Origin: an uncultured Candidatus Saccharibacteria bacterium
GTDB lineage: Bacteria; Patescibacteriota; Minisyncoccia; Phycocordibacterales; UBA1550
Direction of reading: 5' to 3'
Assembly: GCA_964457625.1 (NCBI GenBank)
Contig: CAYWES010000001.1
Location: 17,725-81,724, forward strand
Length of the DNA: 64,000 bases
The translations under genes and the position numbers were made by a program. A model generated the notes under the pieces. It was not told where the DNA came from, did not search any database, and saw nothing but the letters and a program-made list of their open reading frames with translations. Below, piece after piece: positions 7,917 through 17,525 of this stretch; the stretch's first letter is position 1; the number at the start of each line of letters is the position of its first letter.

Positions 7917-8384
7917 TTATGCGCGACGTGCACGAGTGACCGCCTCACGTTCTTCTTCGGTCATTTCGATTTCCGAAGAAAACTTTTTAATAGGTTTTGC
8001 AAAAATACTTACGCGATCGCGCGAGTAAAGACTTGAGATTACCGTACCATCGCCATGCTCGGACAAGAGTGCTATCGCAAAGCTCTGATTTCCTCCCTCG
8101 CCGGTGCCTTTGAAGGCATTGAATCGAATAGTCTCAACACTCTGAATGCTTCTCCCTAAACGATCCTCAGCGTGCTCGAGATACTGATTGGTTTCTTTTT
8201 GCCATGTTTCAAGCGCGCGTACATCATTCCCAAGTTCTCCAAGGAGCCCCTCAAGACTCTGCGCGTTTTTCCCGGAAAGAAGTTTCTTTAATCGGCGCTC
8301 AAGAATCACGAGCCACACCCCGAGGGCAATTACAAGGACCACAAGGACGGCGATAGTAAGGGTTAAAGGGGTAAAGGGTATCAT
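7917..8384 (-). CDS. DUF4446-family protein (N-terminal TM helix)
   Basis: The ORF-track start is TTG; first ATG at the complement of 8382-8384. C-terminal motif VETIRFNAFKGTGEGGNQSFAIALLSEHGDGTVISSLYSRDRVSIFAKPI typical of DUF4446. Confidence 0.65.
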   Translation of the reverse strand: MIPFTPLTLTIAVLVVLVIALGVWLVILERRLKKLLSGKNAQSLEGLLGELGNDVRALETWQKETNQYLEHAEDRLGRSIQSVETIRFNAFKGTGEGGNQSFAIALLSEHGDGTVISSLYSRDRVSIFAKPIKKFSSEIEMTEEEREAVTRARRA

Positions 8385-8469
8385 GACAGGTATGGAAATG
8401 GACGATTCCGAGACTATACCGTATTTTTGACGATTTTGCAAAAAATATTCGAGTCTATATGATGGGGCT

Positions 8470-9648
8470 ATGAAGAATATTTATCTTGATTATGCGGCGG
8501 CAACGCCCGTTGACCCCAAGGTACAAAAAATCGTCTCAAAGGTTTTTCGCGATACATATGGGAATCCCAGCGCCCTTCACAGAAAAGGGAAAGAGGCGCA
8601 TGCCCTTTTTGAGAGTGCGCGTCAAACCATCGCAGATGTCTTGAGCGCTCATGCTGATGAAATCGTGATGACGAGCGGGGCGACAGAAGCAAATGCTCTC
8701 GCGCTCCTTGGGACAGTGCACGCGGCACGTGCTCAGGGGGTAAAGGTTCCCCATGTCATCGTCTCGTCCATCGAGCATCCTTCGGTATTGCGTACCGCGG
8801 AGATACTCGCGCATGAAGGTATCGCGCGCGTTGATTACCTTTCGGTGGACGAGAAGGGAATTGTCGACGCTCGTCTCCTCCGCGAACTCATGGGAGATGA
8901 TACGGTACTGGTGTCGGTGATGTATGTGAACAATGAAGTAGGTACGGTGGAGCCTCTTCGCGATATTGCAAAAGAAATCCGCCACTTCAAGACAAAACGA
9001 AACTCTTTCTTCCCGTATTTCCATACTGATGCGGCGCAGGCGCAAAATAGTTATTCGCTCACGGTCCCTGAGTTGGGAGTGGACTTGATGACCCTTTCCT
9101 CAGGAAAGGTATACGGTCCGCGTGGGGTAGGGGCGTTGTTTGTACGGCGAGGCATCACCCTCAAGCCTCTGTTTCAAGGGGGGACACAAGAGCGCGGTCT
9201 TCGCCCCGGGACAGAAAATGTCGCCCTTGCGTGTGGCTTTGCGCACGCGCTCGCGGTGGCACAGGAGAAGAGAGACAAAGAGACTATTCGTTTACGTGCG
9301 TTACAGGAGTATGTGCTCCACGGACTTCAAGGCGCCGTCCCTGATTGTGTCGTGAACGGTGACCCTCTCCACATGGCACCTCATATCGTAAACGTATCCA
9401 TTCCCGGAGTTGAAAGCGAAGTCCTCGTACTGTATTTGGATGCGCAAGGAATATCCGTATCAGGAAAAAGCGCGTGTGAAAGTACTACGAGTGAAGTCTC
9501 TCATGTTATACTTGCACTAGGGGGGAAGGAAAAAGATGCTTACGGAGGGACGCTTCGGTTTTCTTTGGGGAGAAATACAACCCAAAGAGATATTCGTGTC
9601 GCTCTCCGAGCACTCAAAGACGCACTCGCTATTCTCCGAAGCGCGTAA
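8470..9648 (+). CDS. cysteine desulfurase (IscS/NifS family aminotransferase class V)
   Basis: PLP-enzyme motifs: TSGATEANALAL, SSGKVYGPRGVGALFV, SVSGKSACES. Confidence 0.9.
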   Translation: MKNIYLDYAAATPVDPKVQKIVSKVFRDTYGNPSALHRKGKEAHALFESARQTIADVLSAHADEIVMTSGATEANALALLGTVHAARAQGVKVPHVIVSSIEHPSVLRTAEILAHEGIARVDYLSVDEKGIVDARLLRELMGDDTVLVSVMYVNNEVGTVEPLRDIAKEIRHFKTKRNSFFPYFHTDAAQAQNSYSLTVPELGVDLMTLSSGKVYGPRGVGALFVRRGITLKPLFQGGTQERGLRPGTENVALACGFAHALAVAQEKRDKETIRLRALQEYVLHGLQGAVPDCVVNGDPLHMAPHIVNVSIPGVESEVLVLYLDAQGISVSGKSACESTTSEVSHVILALGGKEKDAYGGTLRFSLGRNTTQRDIRVALRALKDALAILRSA

Positions 9649-9681
9649 TTTTTATAAGACTAATTTTTGTTGATATCTTTT

Positions 9682-10248
9682 ATGTACGAAGCAAAACAAT
9701 TTGAACATCTCTTGAGGCTTAAAGGTTTTTCAGATACATTATTGCGTAATCACATTACGTTGTATGAGGGGTACGTATCAAATACCAACAAGCTCGTGGA
9801 TCTTCTCAATGTGGCTGAGCCGGGAACTCCTGCGTACCATGAGCTCAAGCGTCGCTTTGGCTGGGAGTGGAATGGTATGCGTCTTCATGAGCTCTACTTT
9901 GGCAATATGACCAAGGATTCAAAACCGCTCAACCCCGAAGGCGCCCTTGCGCAGGAAATCACAAAAACATTTGGTTCGTTTGATGCGTGGGAAAAAGATT
10001 TTAAAGCAACGGGAGCACTTCGCGGTATCGGCTGGGCGATTCTCGCTCGGGACGAGGAGACAGGTAGACTCTTTAATCTGTGGGTCAACGAACACGACGA
10101 GGGATACCTCGCGGGCGCCGTTTCTCTCCTTGTTATGGATGTTTTTGAGCATGCCTTTATGCTTGATTATGGTATCAAGCGTGCCGACTATATTGCTTCG
10201 TTTTGGGACGCTATTGATTGGACGGTCGTCGAAGGGCGACTCAAATAG
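9682..10248 (+). CDS. Fe/Mn superoxide dismutase
   Basis: The ORF-track start at 9667 is TTG; ATG at 9682. C-terminal metal-binding motif DVFEHAFMLDYG (cf. DVWEHAYY). Confidence 0.85.
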   Translation: MYEAKQFEHLLRLKGFSDTLLRNHITLYEGYVSNTNKLVDLLNVAEPGTPAYHELKRRFGWEWNGMRLHELYFGNMTKDSKPLNPEGALAQEITKTFGSFDAWEKDFKATGALRGIGWAILARDEETGRLFNLWVNEHDEGYLAGAVSLLVMDVFEHAFMLDYGIKRADYIASFWDAIDWTVVEGRLK

Positions 10249-10322
10249 GTCGTTTCTTGAAAGTTGCTCTCAGGGGATTCCTGCGTTAGTATAAAGGAAT
10301 AAGAATTCACAAACGCTCATTT

Positions 10323-11135
10323 ATGGAAGATCTCACAAAATCACAAGTTGTTCTCCTCTGCCTTTTTGTAAGCTTCGTCTCGTCTATGGCAACAGGGATT
10401 GTGACCGTGACGCTCATGCAACAGTCTCCCGAGCCGGTTACGCAAAGCATCACCAGTGTCGTGGAGCGCACGATTGAAAGAATCGCTCCCGCATCTCCTA
10501 CGATTATTGAAAGACAAGGCAACACGGTGGTCGTCAAAGACGAAGATCTCATGGTCTCCGCAATCGAAAAAAATATGAGAAGCGTCGTGTCCTTCCGCAC
10601 GATAGGAGCGGATGGAGAGACGTATCTTGCGGGGATTGGGGTTATCGTGAGCGAGGACGGGCTCGTCGTTACTGATAAACAAAATACCGTAGGAACCCTT
10701 ACTACCACAATTGAAGGAGTGAGGTACACCTTTGATCTCATTCCTTCCAGTGATGAAAAAAATCCTCTTGCCCTCGGGAAACTCACTCCCATCGGAGGAG
10801 CAACAGGTGCACAGACGTTTGCCCCGGCAACACTCGGAGGGGAGGCATTGAAAATCGGGCAGACAGCAATCGTGATAGGGGGTCGTGAGGGCAAGACAAT
10901 CACCCCGGGGCTTGTGAGCAGTCTCGACGTGCGCTCCGAAGGAGAGGGAAGCGGGCAAGCCCTCACTTCCTTTACGGTGTCCCAGCGCCTCGTTGCGTCC
11001 TTGGGAAATGGTGCCCCGGTTGTTCTCTTGGATGGGACGGTCGCAGGATTTTTGAGTATCAATGACGCAGTGGGCACGCAGGTGGGTATTCCCGCAGCCT
11101 TTGCTCGGGGGCTTGTAGAGGAGGCGGTGCGTTAG
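10323..11135 (+). CDS. membrane-anchored trypsin-fold (HtrA-like) protein, apparently catalytically inactive
   Basis: N-terminal TM. Trypsin-fold landmarks AGIGVIVSEDGLVVTDKQ, DLIPSSDEKNPLALGKL and GNGAPVVLLDGTVAGF. GNSGGP is replaced by GNGAP and the His position is not conserved. The opposite-strand ORFs are shadows. Confidence 0.55.
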   Translation: MEDLTKSQVVLLCLFVSFVSSMATGIVTVTLMQQSPEPVTQSITSVVERTIERIAPASPTIIERQGNTVVVKDEDLMVSAIEKNMRSVVSFRTIGADGETYLAGIGVIVSEDGLVVTDKQNTVGTLTTTIEGVRYTFDLIPSSDEKNPLALGKLTPIGGATGAQTFAPATLGGEALKIGQTAIVIGGREGKTITPGLVSSLDVRSEGEGSGQALTSFTVSQRLVASLGNGAPVVLLDGTVAGFLSINDAVGTQVGIPAAFARGLVEEAVR

Positions 11136-11204
11136 GAGTCAGCCCGGGGTCAAAGAGAACGAACGATTGACAAATCACATTAATTGTTGTAAACAGAACT
11201 CATT

Positions 11205-13889
11205 ATGCCACCATTTAATAATTTCACATCAAAAGCTCGAGACGCCATTCGTCGCGCACACGAACTCGCCGTTGAACGGGGGCAAAATCACGTGACCCCC
11301 ATGCATTTGCTTGCCGCTCTTGTCCTTGAAGATGAAAGCATTATTGCGTCCGTGGTGGAGCGCCTTGAAATTGACTCCATGGCGCTCGCCGAGGGGATCC
11401 TCGATAGCATTGAGCCCGATGCGCAACCACAAGGCACGTCACGCGAGTCGTATCAGCTTTATCTTACCCAGGAGCTTGGACAGATCCTTGGTGAGACGGC
11501 TCCGGCCCTTGCTCAAGAAATGAAGGATGAGCATATCTCGTGTGAGCATCTCTTTCTCGCACTCTTTGATGTACCCAGTCAGGCGCGCGATTTTCTCACG
11601 CAGTATGGTATTGAGCGAGACGCGACACTTGCTATCATCAAAGAATTTCATACGCAAAATATTAGCGAGAATAATCTTCCCAAAAAACCAAAAGCGGTCT
11701 ACAAATATACCCGCAATCTCACCGAGCTTGCATCTCAGGACAAGCTTGATCCCGTTATCGGGCGTGACAATGAAATCGGTCGCTTGATTCAGATTCTCTC
11801 ACGTCGTACCAAAAACAATCCCGTACTCATCGGTGAAGCCGGTGTGGGCAAGACCGCGGTTGTTGAAGGGCTCGCCATCCGTATGTCAAAAGGGGATGTA
11901 CCTGAATCCCTCAGGGGGAAAGATCTCCTCTCTCTTGATTTGGGGGCACTCATCGCGGGCACAAAGTATCGTGGTGAATTTGAAGATCGTCTCAAAAAGA
12001 TTATGAAGGAAGTTGAGCGCTCTGAAGGAAAGATTATTCTCTTTATCGACGAGATTCATACCATCGTAGGTGCGGGAGCAACGGAAGGGTCCATGGATGC
12101 TTCAAACATGCTGAAGCCCGCGCTTGCGCGAGGAGAGCTTCGCGCTATCGGTGCCACTACGCTTCGCGAATACCAAAAACACATTGAAAAGGATCCCGCG
12201 CTCACGCGTCGTTTTCAGCCGGTGATGGTTACGGAGCCTTCCCTTGAAGACGCGGTGGCAATTCTCCGCGGACTAAAAGAAAAATACGAAATCTTTCACG
12301 GTGTGCATGTGACCGACGACGCCCTCATCGCCGCGGTAAATCTGAGCAGTCGCTATATCACCGATCGCTTCCTCCCTGACAAGGCGGTAGACCTAATCGA
12401 CGAAGCCGCATCGTCGCTCCGCATTTCCCTTGAAAACAAGCCCGCAGTCCTTGAGGACGCACATCGTCGTATCATGCGCCTTGAAATAGAAAAGGAGTCC
12501 TTGAAAAAAGAAAGCGCGGGTACGGGTGAGGAGAGCAAAAACGCAAAAGCGCGCACGAAAAAGATTGTAAAAGAAATCAGCGATCTTCGTGAAAAGACGC
12601 GCGAGATTGAGCTCAAGTGGACAAACGAGAAAGAACTCGTTGTTGATATTCGTAATATAAAAAAGGGACTTGAAGCCGCGCGCTTGGAATCCGAAAATGC
12701 CGAAGCAAAAGCGGACCTCGCGCTCGCCGCGGAGATTCGCTACGGACGTATTCCGACTCTTGAGAAGGAGCTCGCCACAAAAGTTGCTCGTCTCAAGAAG
12801 CTTCAGTCATCTCGTCGTATTTTGAAAGAAGAGGTTACCGAAACAGACATCGCGCAGGTGGTCGCGCGCTGGACAGGTATTCCTGTTACCAAGATGCTTG
12901 AAGAAGAAGCGGAGAAGTTTTCGCAGATGGACGAGGAGCTTCGCAAGCGCGTGGTAGGGCAGACGGAGGCTATTCAGAAGGTTGCCGACGCGGTAAAACG
13001 CTCTCGTGCGGGCATTGCGGATCCTCATCGTCCTATTGGGTCATTCTTGTTCCTCGGTCCTACGGGTGTGGGCAAGACTGAGCTCTCAAAAGCGCTCGCT
13101 GATTTTATGTTTAACGACGAGAAAGCGCTTGTGCGCATCGATATGTCCGAGTACATGGAAAAGCATGCCGTCTCAAAGATTATCGGCTCACCTCCAGGAT
13201 ATGTGGGGCACGATGAGAGCGGAAATCTTACCGAGATTGTACGCCATCGTCCATACTCAGTACTTCTCTTTGACGAAGTGGAAAAAGCGCACCCGGAAGT
13301 ATTCAATATTCTTCTGCAGGTCCTTGATAATGGTCGCCTCACCGACTCAAAGGGTCGCGTCGTGAACTTCAAAAACACGATTATCATTCTCACCTCAAAC
13401 ATCGGTTCAGAATACATTGATAAGATGCAGGCAATCGGCTTTGGTACGCACGCAAGCGACGAAGGCGACTATGCTGATGCAAAGGAGCGCGTCATGGCAA
13501 GCCTCAAGGATTATTTCCGTCCAGAATTTTTGAATCGTCTCGATGAGATCATTCTCTTTGATATTCTCTCAAAGGATGTCATCAAGAACATCGTGGGACT
13601 TCAGGTGGATATTGTAAAGAAGCGTCTTTTGGAAAAAGAGATTGTCCTTGATCTCCATCCCGATGTGCTCGGGTACCTTGCGGACAAGGGGTACGATCCG
13701 CACTATGGTGCGCGTCCACTCAAGCGCTTGATTCAGACGAAGATTCTCACGCCAGTCGCGTCGCTCATGATTAGCTCCGGCATGCTCAAGGGTGGTCGCG
13801 TGCTCGTATCTCTTGAGAAAGGAGAAGTGGTAATCAAAGTAGAAAAGAAATCGACCGTGAGGACGAGGGTAAAGGCAGGGAAAAAGTAA
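11205..13889 (+). CDS. clpB: ATP-dependent chaperone ClpB
   Basis: Clp N-domain, two AAA+ modules ([10 protein letters not shown]..., [10 protein letters not shown]...), middle coiled-coil; 894 aa. Confidence 0.95.
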   Translation: MPPFNNFTSKARDAIRRAHELAVERGQNHVTPMHLLAALVLEDESIIASVVERLEIDSMALAEGILDSIEPDAQPQGTSRESYQLYLTQELGQILGETAPALAQEMKDEHISCEHLFLALFDVPSQARDFLTQYGIERDATLAIIKEFHTQNISENNLPKKPKAVYKYTRNLTELASQDKLDPVIGRDNEIGRLIQILSRRTKNNPVLIGEAGVGKTAVVEGLAIRMSKGDVPESLRGKDLLSLDLGALIAGTKYRGEFEDRLKKIMKEVERSEGKIILFIDEIHTIVGAGATEGSMDASNMLKPALARGELRAIGATTLREYQKHIEKDPALTRRFQPVMVTEPSLEDAVAILRGLKEKYEIFHGVHVTDDALIAAVNLSSRYITDRFLPDKAVDLIDEAASSLRISLENKPAVLEDAHRRIMRLEIEKESLKKESAGTGEESKNAKARTKKIVKEISDLREKTREIELKWTNEKELVVDIRNIKKGLEAARLESENAEAKADLALAAEIRYGRIPTLEKELATKVARLKKLQSSRRILKEEVTETDIAQVVARWTGIPVTKMLEEEAEKFSQMDEELRKRVVGQTEAIQKVADAVKRSRAGIADPHRPIGSFLFLGPTGVGKTELSKALADFMFNDEKALVRIDMSEYMEKHAVSKIIGSPPGYVGHDESGNLTEIVRHRPYSVLLFDEVEKAHPEVFNILLQVLDNGRLTDSKGRVVNFKNTIIILTSNIGSEYIDKMQAIGFGTHASDEGDYADAKERVMASLKDYFRPEFLNRLDEIILFDILSKDVIKNIVGLQVDIVKKRLLEKEIVLDLHPDVLGYLADKGYDPHYGARPLKRLIQTKILTPVASLMISSGMLKGGRVLVSLEKGEVVIKVEKKSTVRTRVKAGKK

Positions 13890-13891
13890 TC

Positions 13892-13934
13892 AAAAAAAAA
13901 CACGGCTTGGGACTTCCCAAGCCGTGTTTTTTTG
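13892..13934. terminator. rho-independent terminator after clpB
   Basis: A9 - ACACGGCTTGGG-ACTT-CCCAAGCCGTGT - T7. Confidence 0.85.
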
Positions 13935-13980
13935 TTCTTCATAGTGGTACAATAAACAGGTAGCTATTAAAAATAATATT

Positions 13981-14835
13981 ATGAATGAATATACTGAACA
14001 ATCGGTGCCTGTAGCTTCAGGTACCAACACGGCGCTTTTGCCGGTGGGAGCTTTCTTGAAGGAAGTCTGGATGCTTCTCAAAGCTCGGTTCCTCAAACTC
14101 GCGGTGATAGCGCTTATTCCGGCTATTGCTCTATATTTGATGTCCTCTTTGCCAGAGGACGAGGTCATGCTGAGTCTTTTTGAGACTACGCCCGCGATAC
14201 TACTTATTCTTCCAGTCCTTCTTTTCATCGCGATTTGGGTGCTTATGGCGGGAGTTGCCGCGCTTTTTGTTGCTGCGTCTGCTCCTGAAAACACCGTCAC
14301 GATTCGTCATTCTTTAGGAATAGGATTCAAAAAATTATTATCATTGATTTGGATTGGCCTGTTGATGGGGTTCATTATTATGACAGGGGTTCTCTTGTTC
14401 GTTGTTCCGGGAATATTTCTTAGCATCGCTTTTATTTTTGCAGTACTCTTTCTTGTGAATGAAGACGCGCGAGGACTCACCGCACTCACAAAAAGTTACA
14501 ACCTTGTTGCGGGAAGGTGGTGGGCTGTTTTTTTACGATATATGTTAGTGTATGTTCTCCTCGTCGTGATTTCAGGAGCTATTACTTTTGCCTTTAGGTT
14601 TAACGAAGCGCTTGGTGAATCGATAGCTTTCCTCATTAGTATGCCACTCACGGTATCCGCTCTTGCTGTCTTGTACAAAGATTTGAAAAGAGGAGAGACC
14701 CCCGCAACGCCTGAGGTTACGGCAAGAAGAAGGAAGGTTTTCATTGCACTGGCAATCCTTTACCCAGTTCTTCTCATTGCTTTCGTTGCCGTCTTTGTAT
14801 CCTTTATACTCCCAAATCTCCCCGCAACGTTGTAG
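13981..14835 (+). CDS. polytopic membrane protein, function unknown
   Basis: 284 aa, about 6 hydrophobic helices, no recognisable catalytic motif. Confidence 0.6.
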   Translation: MNEYTEQSVPVASGTNTALLPVGAFLKEVWMLLKARFLKLAVIALIPAIALYLMSSLPEDEVMLSLFETTPAILLILPVLLFIAIWVLMAGVAALFVAASAPENTVTIRHSLGIGFKKLLSLIWIGLLMGFIIMTGVLLFVVPGIFLSIAFIFAVLFLVNEDARGLTALTKSYNLVAGRWWAVFLRYMLVYVLLVVISGAITFAFRFNEALGESIAFLISMPLTVSALAVLYKDLKRGETPATPEVTARRRKVFIALAILYPVLLIAFVAVFVSFILPNLPATL

Positions 14836-14889
14836 AGGGCGATGCGCTTAAGGGTATCATTGAACCTATTAGAAGTATGTGTTAGAGTA

Positions 14890-14915
14890 AACAAGTCGCT
14901 TTGAGGCGACTTGTT
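14890..14915 (+). terminator. hairpin immediately upstream of tRNA-Tyr (possible terminator for the membrane protein gene)
   Basis: AACAAGTCGC-TTTGAG-GCGACTTGTT. Confidence 0.45.
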
Positions 14916-14916
14916 T

Positions 14917-15000
14917 GCGTAGGTGGCGGAGTGGTCAATCGCAATTGACTGTAAATCAATCGCCCTTTGGGCTTCGAAGGTTCGAATCCTTCCCTACGCA
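14917..15000 (+). tRNA. tRNA-Tyr(GTA)
   Basis: GCGTAGG...anticodon arm ATTGA-CTGTAAA-TCAAT, long variable arm, T-arm GAAGG-TTCGAAT-CCTTC, acceptor CCTACGC-A. Confidence 0.9.
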
Positions 15001-15013
15001 CAATTCAAAATAG

Positions 15014-15040
15014 CGCCCATCAGGGCGCATATTTTGTTTG
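15014..15040 (+). terminator. terminator hairpin after tRNA-Tyr
   Basis: GCGCCC-ATCA-GGGCGC followed by ATATTTTGTTTG. Confidence 0.6.
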
Positions 15041-15283
15041 TGCGTAGGGAGGAAGCCGTTGGTACGGCTTCCGTAAGGATTCGAACGGCGGAATGTGAAA
15101 TTTTTAGCAAAAAATTTCCATGAGCCGGTGCCTAGACCAAAAGTGAGTGGCGACGAACTTTTGAGTCGAAGGAGAATCCTTCCCCCAACAGACACCACTT
15201 TCCCCAAAACACCCTCCTACCCACGCTTTTCGCTTGAGCTCGCCTCGTTGCTTTTTTTTTGAGGATATAGTAGGATAGGCGAC

Positions 15284-15442
15284 ATGTCACAAGATCAACT
15301 TATCAAACTCGTCTGCAAGGACTGCAAGCGCGTGAACTATTGGTCGCGCAAGAACAAGAAGCTCGTTGAGCGCAAAATCGAGCTCGACAAGTTCTGCAAG
15401 TGGTGCAAGAAGCACACGACGCACAAGGAAGGAAAGAAATAA
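15284..15442 (+). CDS. rpmG: 50S ribosomal protein L33 (52 aa; below the ORF-track cutoff)
   Basis: Own translation gives MSQDQLIKLVCKDCKRVNYWSRKNKKLVERKIELDKFCKWCKKHTTHKEGKK, with the CxxC...CxxC zinc ribbon typical of L33; AGGATAGG upstream. Confidence 0.85.
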   Translation: MSQDQLIKLVCKDCKRVNYWSRKNKKLVERKIELDKFCKWCKKHTTHKEGKK

Positions 15443-15446
15443 TAAA

Positions 15447-15471
15447 AATACCCCCAAGTGGGGGTATTTTG
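15447..15471 (+). terminator. rho-independent terminator after rpmG
   Basis: TACCCCC-AAGT-GGGGGTA followed by TTTT. Confidence 0.8.
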
Positions 15472-15484
15472 CTATTATATATCC

Positions 15485-16618
15485 ATGAATCACGACCTTC
15501 GAAAAGGACTGCGCACTTGGGTGGAAATAGACACCCGGGCAATCGCCAAAAACTATACCGCTTTTAGGAATCATATTCCTCCATCTGTGCGCCTGTGTGG
15601 TGTGGTGAAATCAAACGCGTATGGGCATGGTCTCGTGCAATTCGCGCAGGAGCTTGAAAAGCTCGGCGCTGATATGCTCGCGGTTGATTCGGTGGTGGAG
15701 GCGCTCACCCTTCGCCGTGAAGGGGTACGCACTCCGATTCTTGTCCTCGGATATACGCTTCCCGATATGTATGAAAAGGTTCTTGAAAAAAACATTCATC
15801 TCACGATTTCCAGCAAGGAGAGTTTGGACGAACTTTTCTCGAGAGGGTACCATACGCGCATCCCCATTCATATTAAAGTTGATACCGGCATGCATCGGCA
15901 AGGGTTTCTGGAGGACGAGAGGGAAGTGCTCATGGATTTTCTAGAAAAGAAAGGTTTTTTGATATCGGGGCTCTATACGCATTTTGCAAAATCAAAAGAT
16001 TTCAATGATAGGACCTTTACGGAGTCCAGCATTGAAGTATTTTTGCGCTGGAGAGAGGATTTTAAAAAGAGGGGAAAGGTCGTGATTGCGCACGCGGACG
16101 CCACGGGAGGATTGCTTGTACATCCTGAAGCGCACTTTGATATGGTGCGTATCGGTATCGGTCTCTATGGTATGCCCGCTGCGGATACGTTGGCTACTTT
16201 TCACGAAGAAACCATGCCTCTTCACCCCGTGCTTACCTGGAAGACAATTGTCTCGGAGATAAAAGAAATCCCCGAGGGGTCTTCAATAGGATACGACGGC
16301 ACACATGTGACGAAGCGCCCCACAAAGATGATGGTATGCCCGATAGGGTATTGGCATGGGTATCCTCGCGCGCTTTCAAACAACGCTGAAGTGCTTGTGC
16401 GCGGCAAGCGTGCACCTGTCCTCGGGCGAGTCTCAATGGATATGATAGTCGTAGATGGTACGGATATTCCCGGTGTGCGTGTGAGCGATGAAGTGGTTTT
16501 GGTCGGCGCGCAGGAAGGGGAGGAAATATCGGCAACAGAGCTTGCGCATCGTGCGGGGACGAGCGAGTACGAGCTCCTCACGCGCTTGAATCCTCTGATG
16601 AGAAAGATCTATCGGTAA
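15485..16618 (+). CDS. alr: alanine racemase
   Basis: PLP-lysine motif VVKSNAYGHG; fold-type III racemase length. The ORF-track start at 15458 lies inside the rpmG terminator, so the ATG at 15485 is preferred. Confidence 0.85.
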   Translation: MNHDLRKGLRTWVEIDTRAIAKNYTAFRNHIPPSVRLCGVVKSNAYGHGLVQFAQELEKLGADMLAVDSVVEALTLRREGVRTPILVLGYTLPDMYEKVLEKNIHLTISSKESLDELFSRGYHTRIPIHIKVDTGMHRQGFLEDEREVLMDFLEKKGFLISGLYTHFAKSKDFNDRTFTESSIEVFLRWREDFKKRGKVVIAHADATGGLLVHPEAHFDMVRIGIGLYGMPAADTLATFHEETMPLHPVLTWKTIVSEIKEIPEGSSIGYDGTHVTKRPTKMMVCPIGYWHGYPRALSNNAEVLVRGKRAPVLGRVSMDMIVVDGTDIPGVRVSDEVVLVGAQEGEEISATELAHRAGTSEYELLTRLNPLMRKIYR

Positions 16619-16680
16619 TTCCTTTTCGGACTATTTTTTGGTATAGTGGTCCAGTGTATTAAGACATTTTGTTCTCATTA

Positions 16681-16754
16681 GGGCCTATAGTTCAGTGGTA
16701 GAATAGCGGTCTCCAAAACCGTTGACCGAGGTTCGAGTCCTCGTGGGCCCGCCA
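16681..16754 (+). tRNA. tRNA-Trp(CCA)
   Basis: GGGCCTATAGTTCAGTGGTAGAATAGCGGTCTCCAAAACCGTTGACCGAGGTTCGAGTCCTCGTGGGCCCGCCA. Confidence 0.9.
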
Positions 16755-16765
16755 AGAAATATGAA

Positions 16766-16795
16766 ATAAAAAAGCCCCTTGCATTCGCAAGGGGC
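16766..16795 (-). terminator. terminator for the minus-strand gene ending at 16814
   Basis: GCCCCTTGC-ATTC-GCAAGGGGC with a T-run on the minus strand. Confidence 0.7.
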
Positions 16796-16813
16796 GATTG
16801 GTTGAAGGCATCA

Positions 16814-17323
16814 TCAGACGATTCTCCCCAGGGAATTCGGGTTGGAAAAGTCATCGATGATGAGTACTTTGCCGTTGTTTTCGCCAGACAGAAGCATTTC
16901 TATCGGTGACCGCACGCGGAATACCTTCCCGGGCGGTATCCAGAATCCTTGGCGATCAACGCCACTGGCACAATCCCACCTCAAGCATCCAACGAGGGCT
17001 CGTTCGTCCTCGTCGTACTGTACCGCGTAATCGGGAATGTTGAAGGATTCCTGCGGAACATAAAGCGTGACCGGATCGCCGATGTGGATTGAGTTTGCGC
17101 ACCACGCGCACGTAATCGACATCTTGGCGACACAATCGAGGCAATAGTCGGGTGCTCCGTTTTCGGAGAGAGGCATAGACATCGTAAAGCTTTCGCCATG
17201 CGATGTTATGTTACCCGTCTTCTTTGTCCAGTGTCCGCAGATATTTGCCTTAAATGTCTTGCGAAACGGATACGAGACGGCGAGCCATACGACCCACCAG
17301 TCATGAGACAGTCTTTCATTCAT
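16814..17323 (-). CDS. Cys-rich hypothetical protein (putative Zn-binding)
   Basis: 169 aa; CLDC...CAWC...C...C pattern; no recognisable family. Confidence 0.55.
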   Translation of the reverse strand: MNERLSHDWWVVWLAVSYPFRKTFKANICGHWTKKTGNITSHGESFTMSMPLSENGAPDYCLDCVAKMSITCAWCANSIHIGDPVTLYVPQESFNIPDYAVQYDEDERALVGCLRWDCASGVDRQGFWIPPGKVFRVRSPIEMLLSGENNGKVLIIDDFSNPNSLGRIV

Positions 17324-17525
17324 AAAGTACTCCTTTCAAGTTGAGGTTTTGAAGTTTATCCGGGTCGAATACTACGTGATATTTCGCAATAAGTAAAGGG
17401 TTTTAAAGAAAGGCTTTTCAAGTCTGCGTGCCTAAGCAAAACTTCAAAATGGCAACAAAAAATGTTATTATGTCTTAGTGAAATTGAATTAAGCGACCTA
17501 ACCCCTCGGGATATTTTCTGAGGGT

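Noticed and set aside
7917-8441. ORF-track starts using TTG/GTG (7917-8441, 9667, 24034, 25065, 52396, 44908, 39141)
   Set aside because: In each case a downstream in-frame ATG gives a product that matches family N-termini better, so I trimmed to the ATG.
10307-11077. Long minus-strand ORFs (256 and 205 aa) overlapping the 10323-11135 gene
   Set aside because: The plus-strand frame carries a recognisable TM plus trypsin-fold pattern. The minus-strand products are low-complexity (Pro/Ser/Arg-rich) shadow ORFs typical of GC-richer coding DNA.
14923-15207. ORFs 14923-15123 (+) and 14956-15207 (-) across tRNA-Tyr and the structured intergenic region
   Set aside because: They overlap a canonical tRNA and terminators, and show no coding-like composition.
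15040-15283. tmRNA, SRP RNA or RNase P RNA in the tRNA-Tyr to rpmG gap
   Set aside because: No tag-peptide reading frame or tRNA-like 3' domain for tmRNA. No match to the SRP domain IV or RNase P P4 consensus as far as I can recall them. Left as unexplained (see finding).
15458-15484. Upstream ATG at 15458 as alanine racemase start
   Set aside because: It lies inside the rpmG terminator hairpin and T-run. The ATG at 15485 gives a normal N-terminus (MNHDLRKG..).
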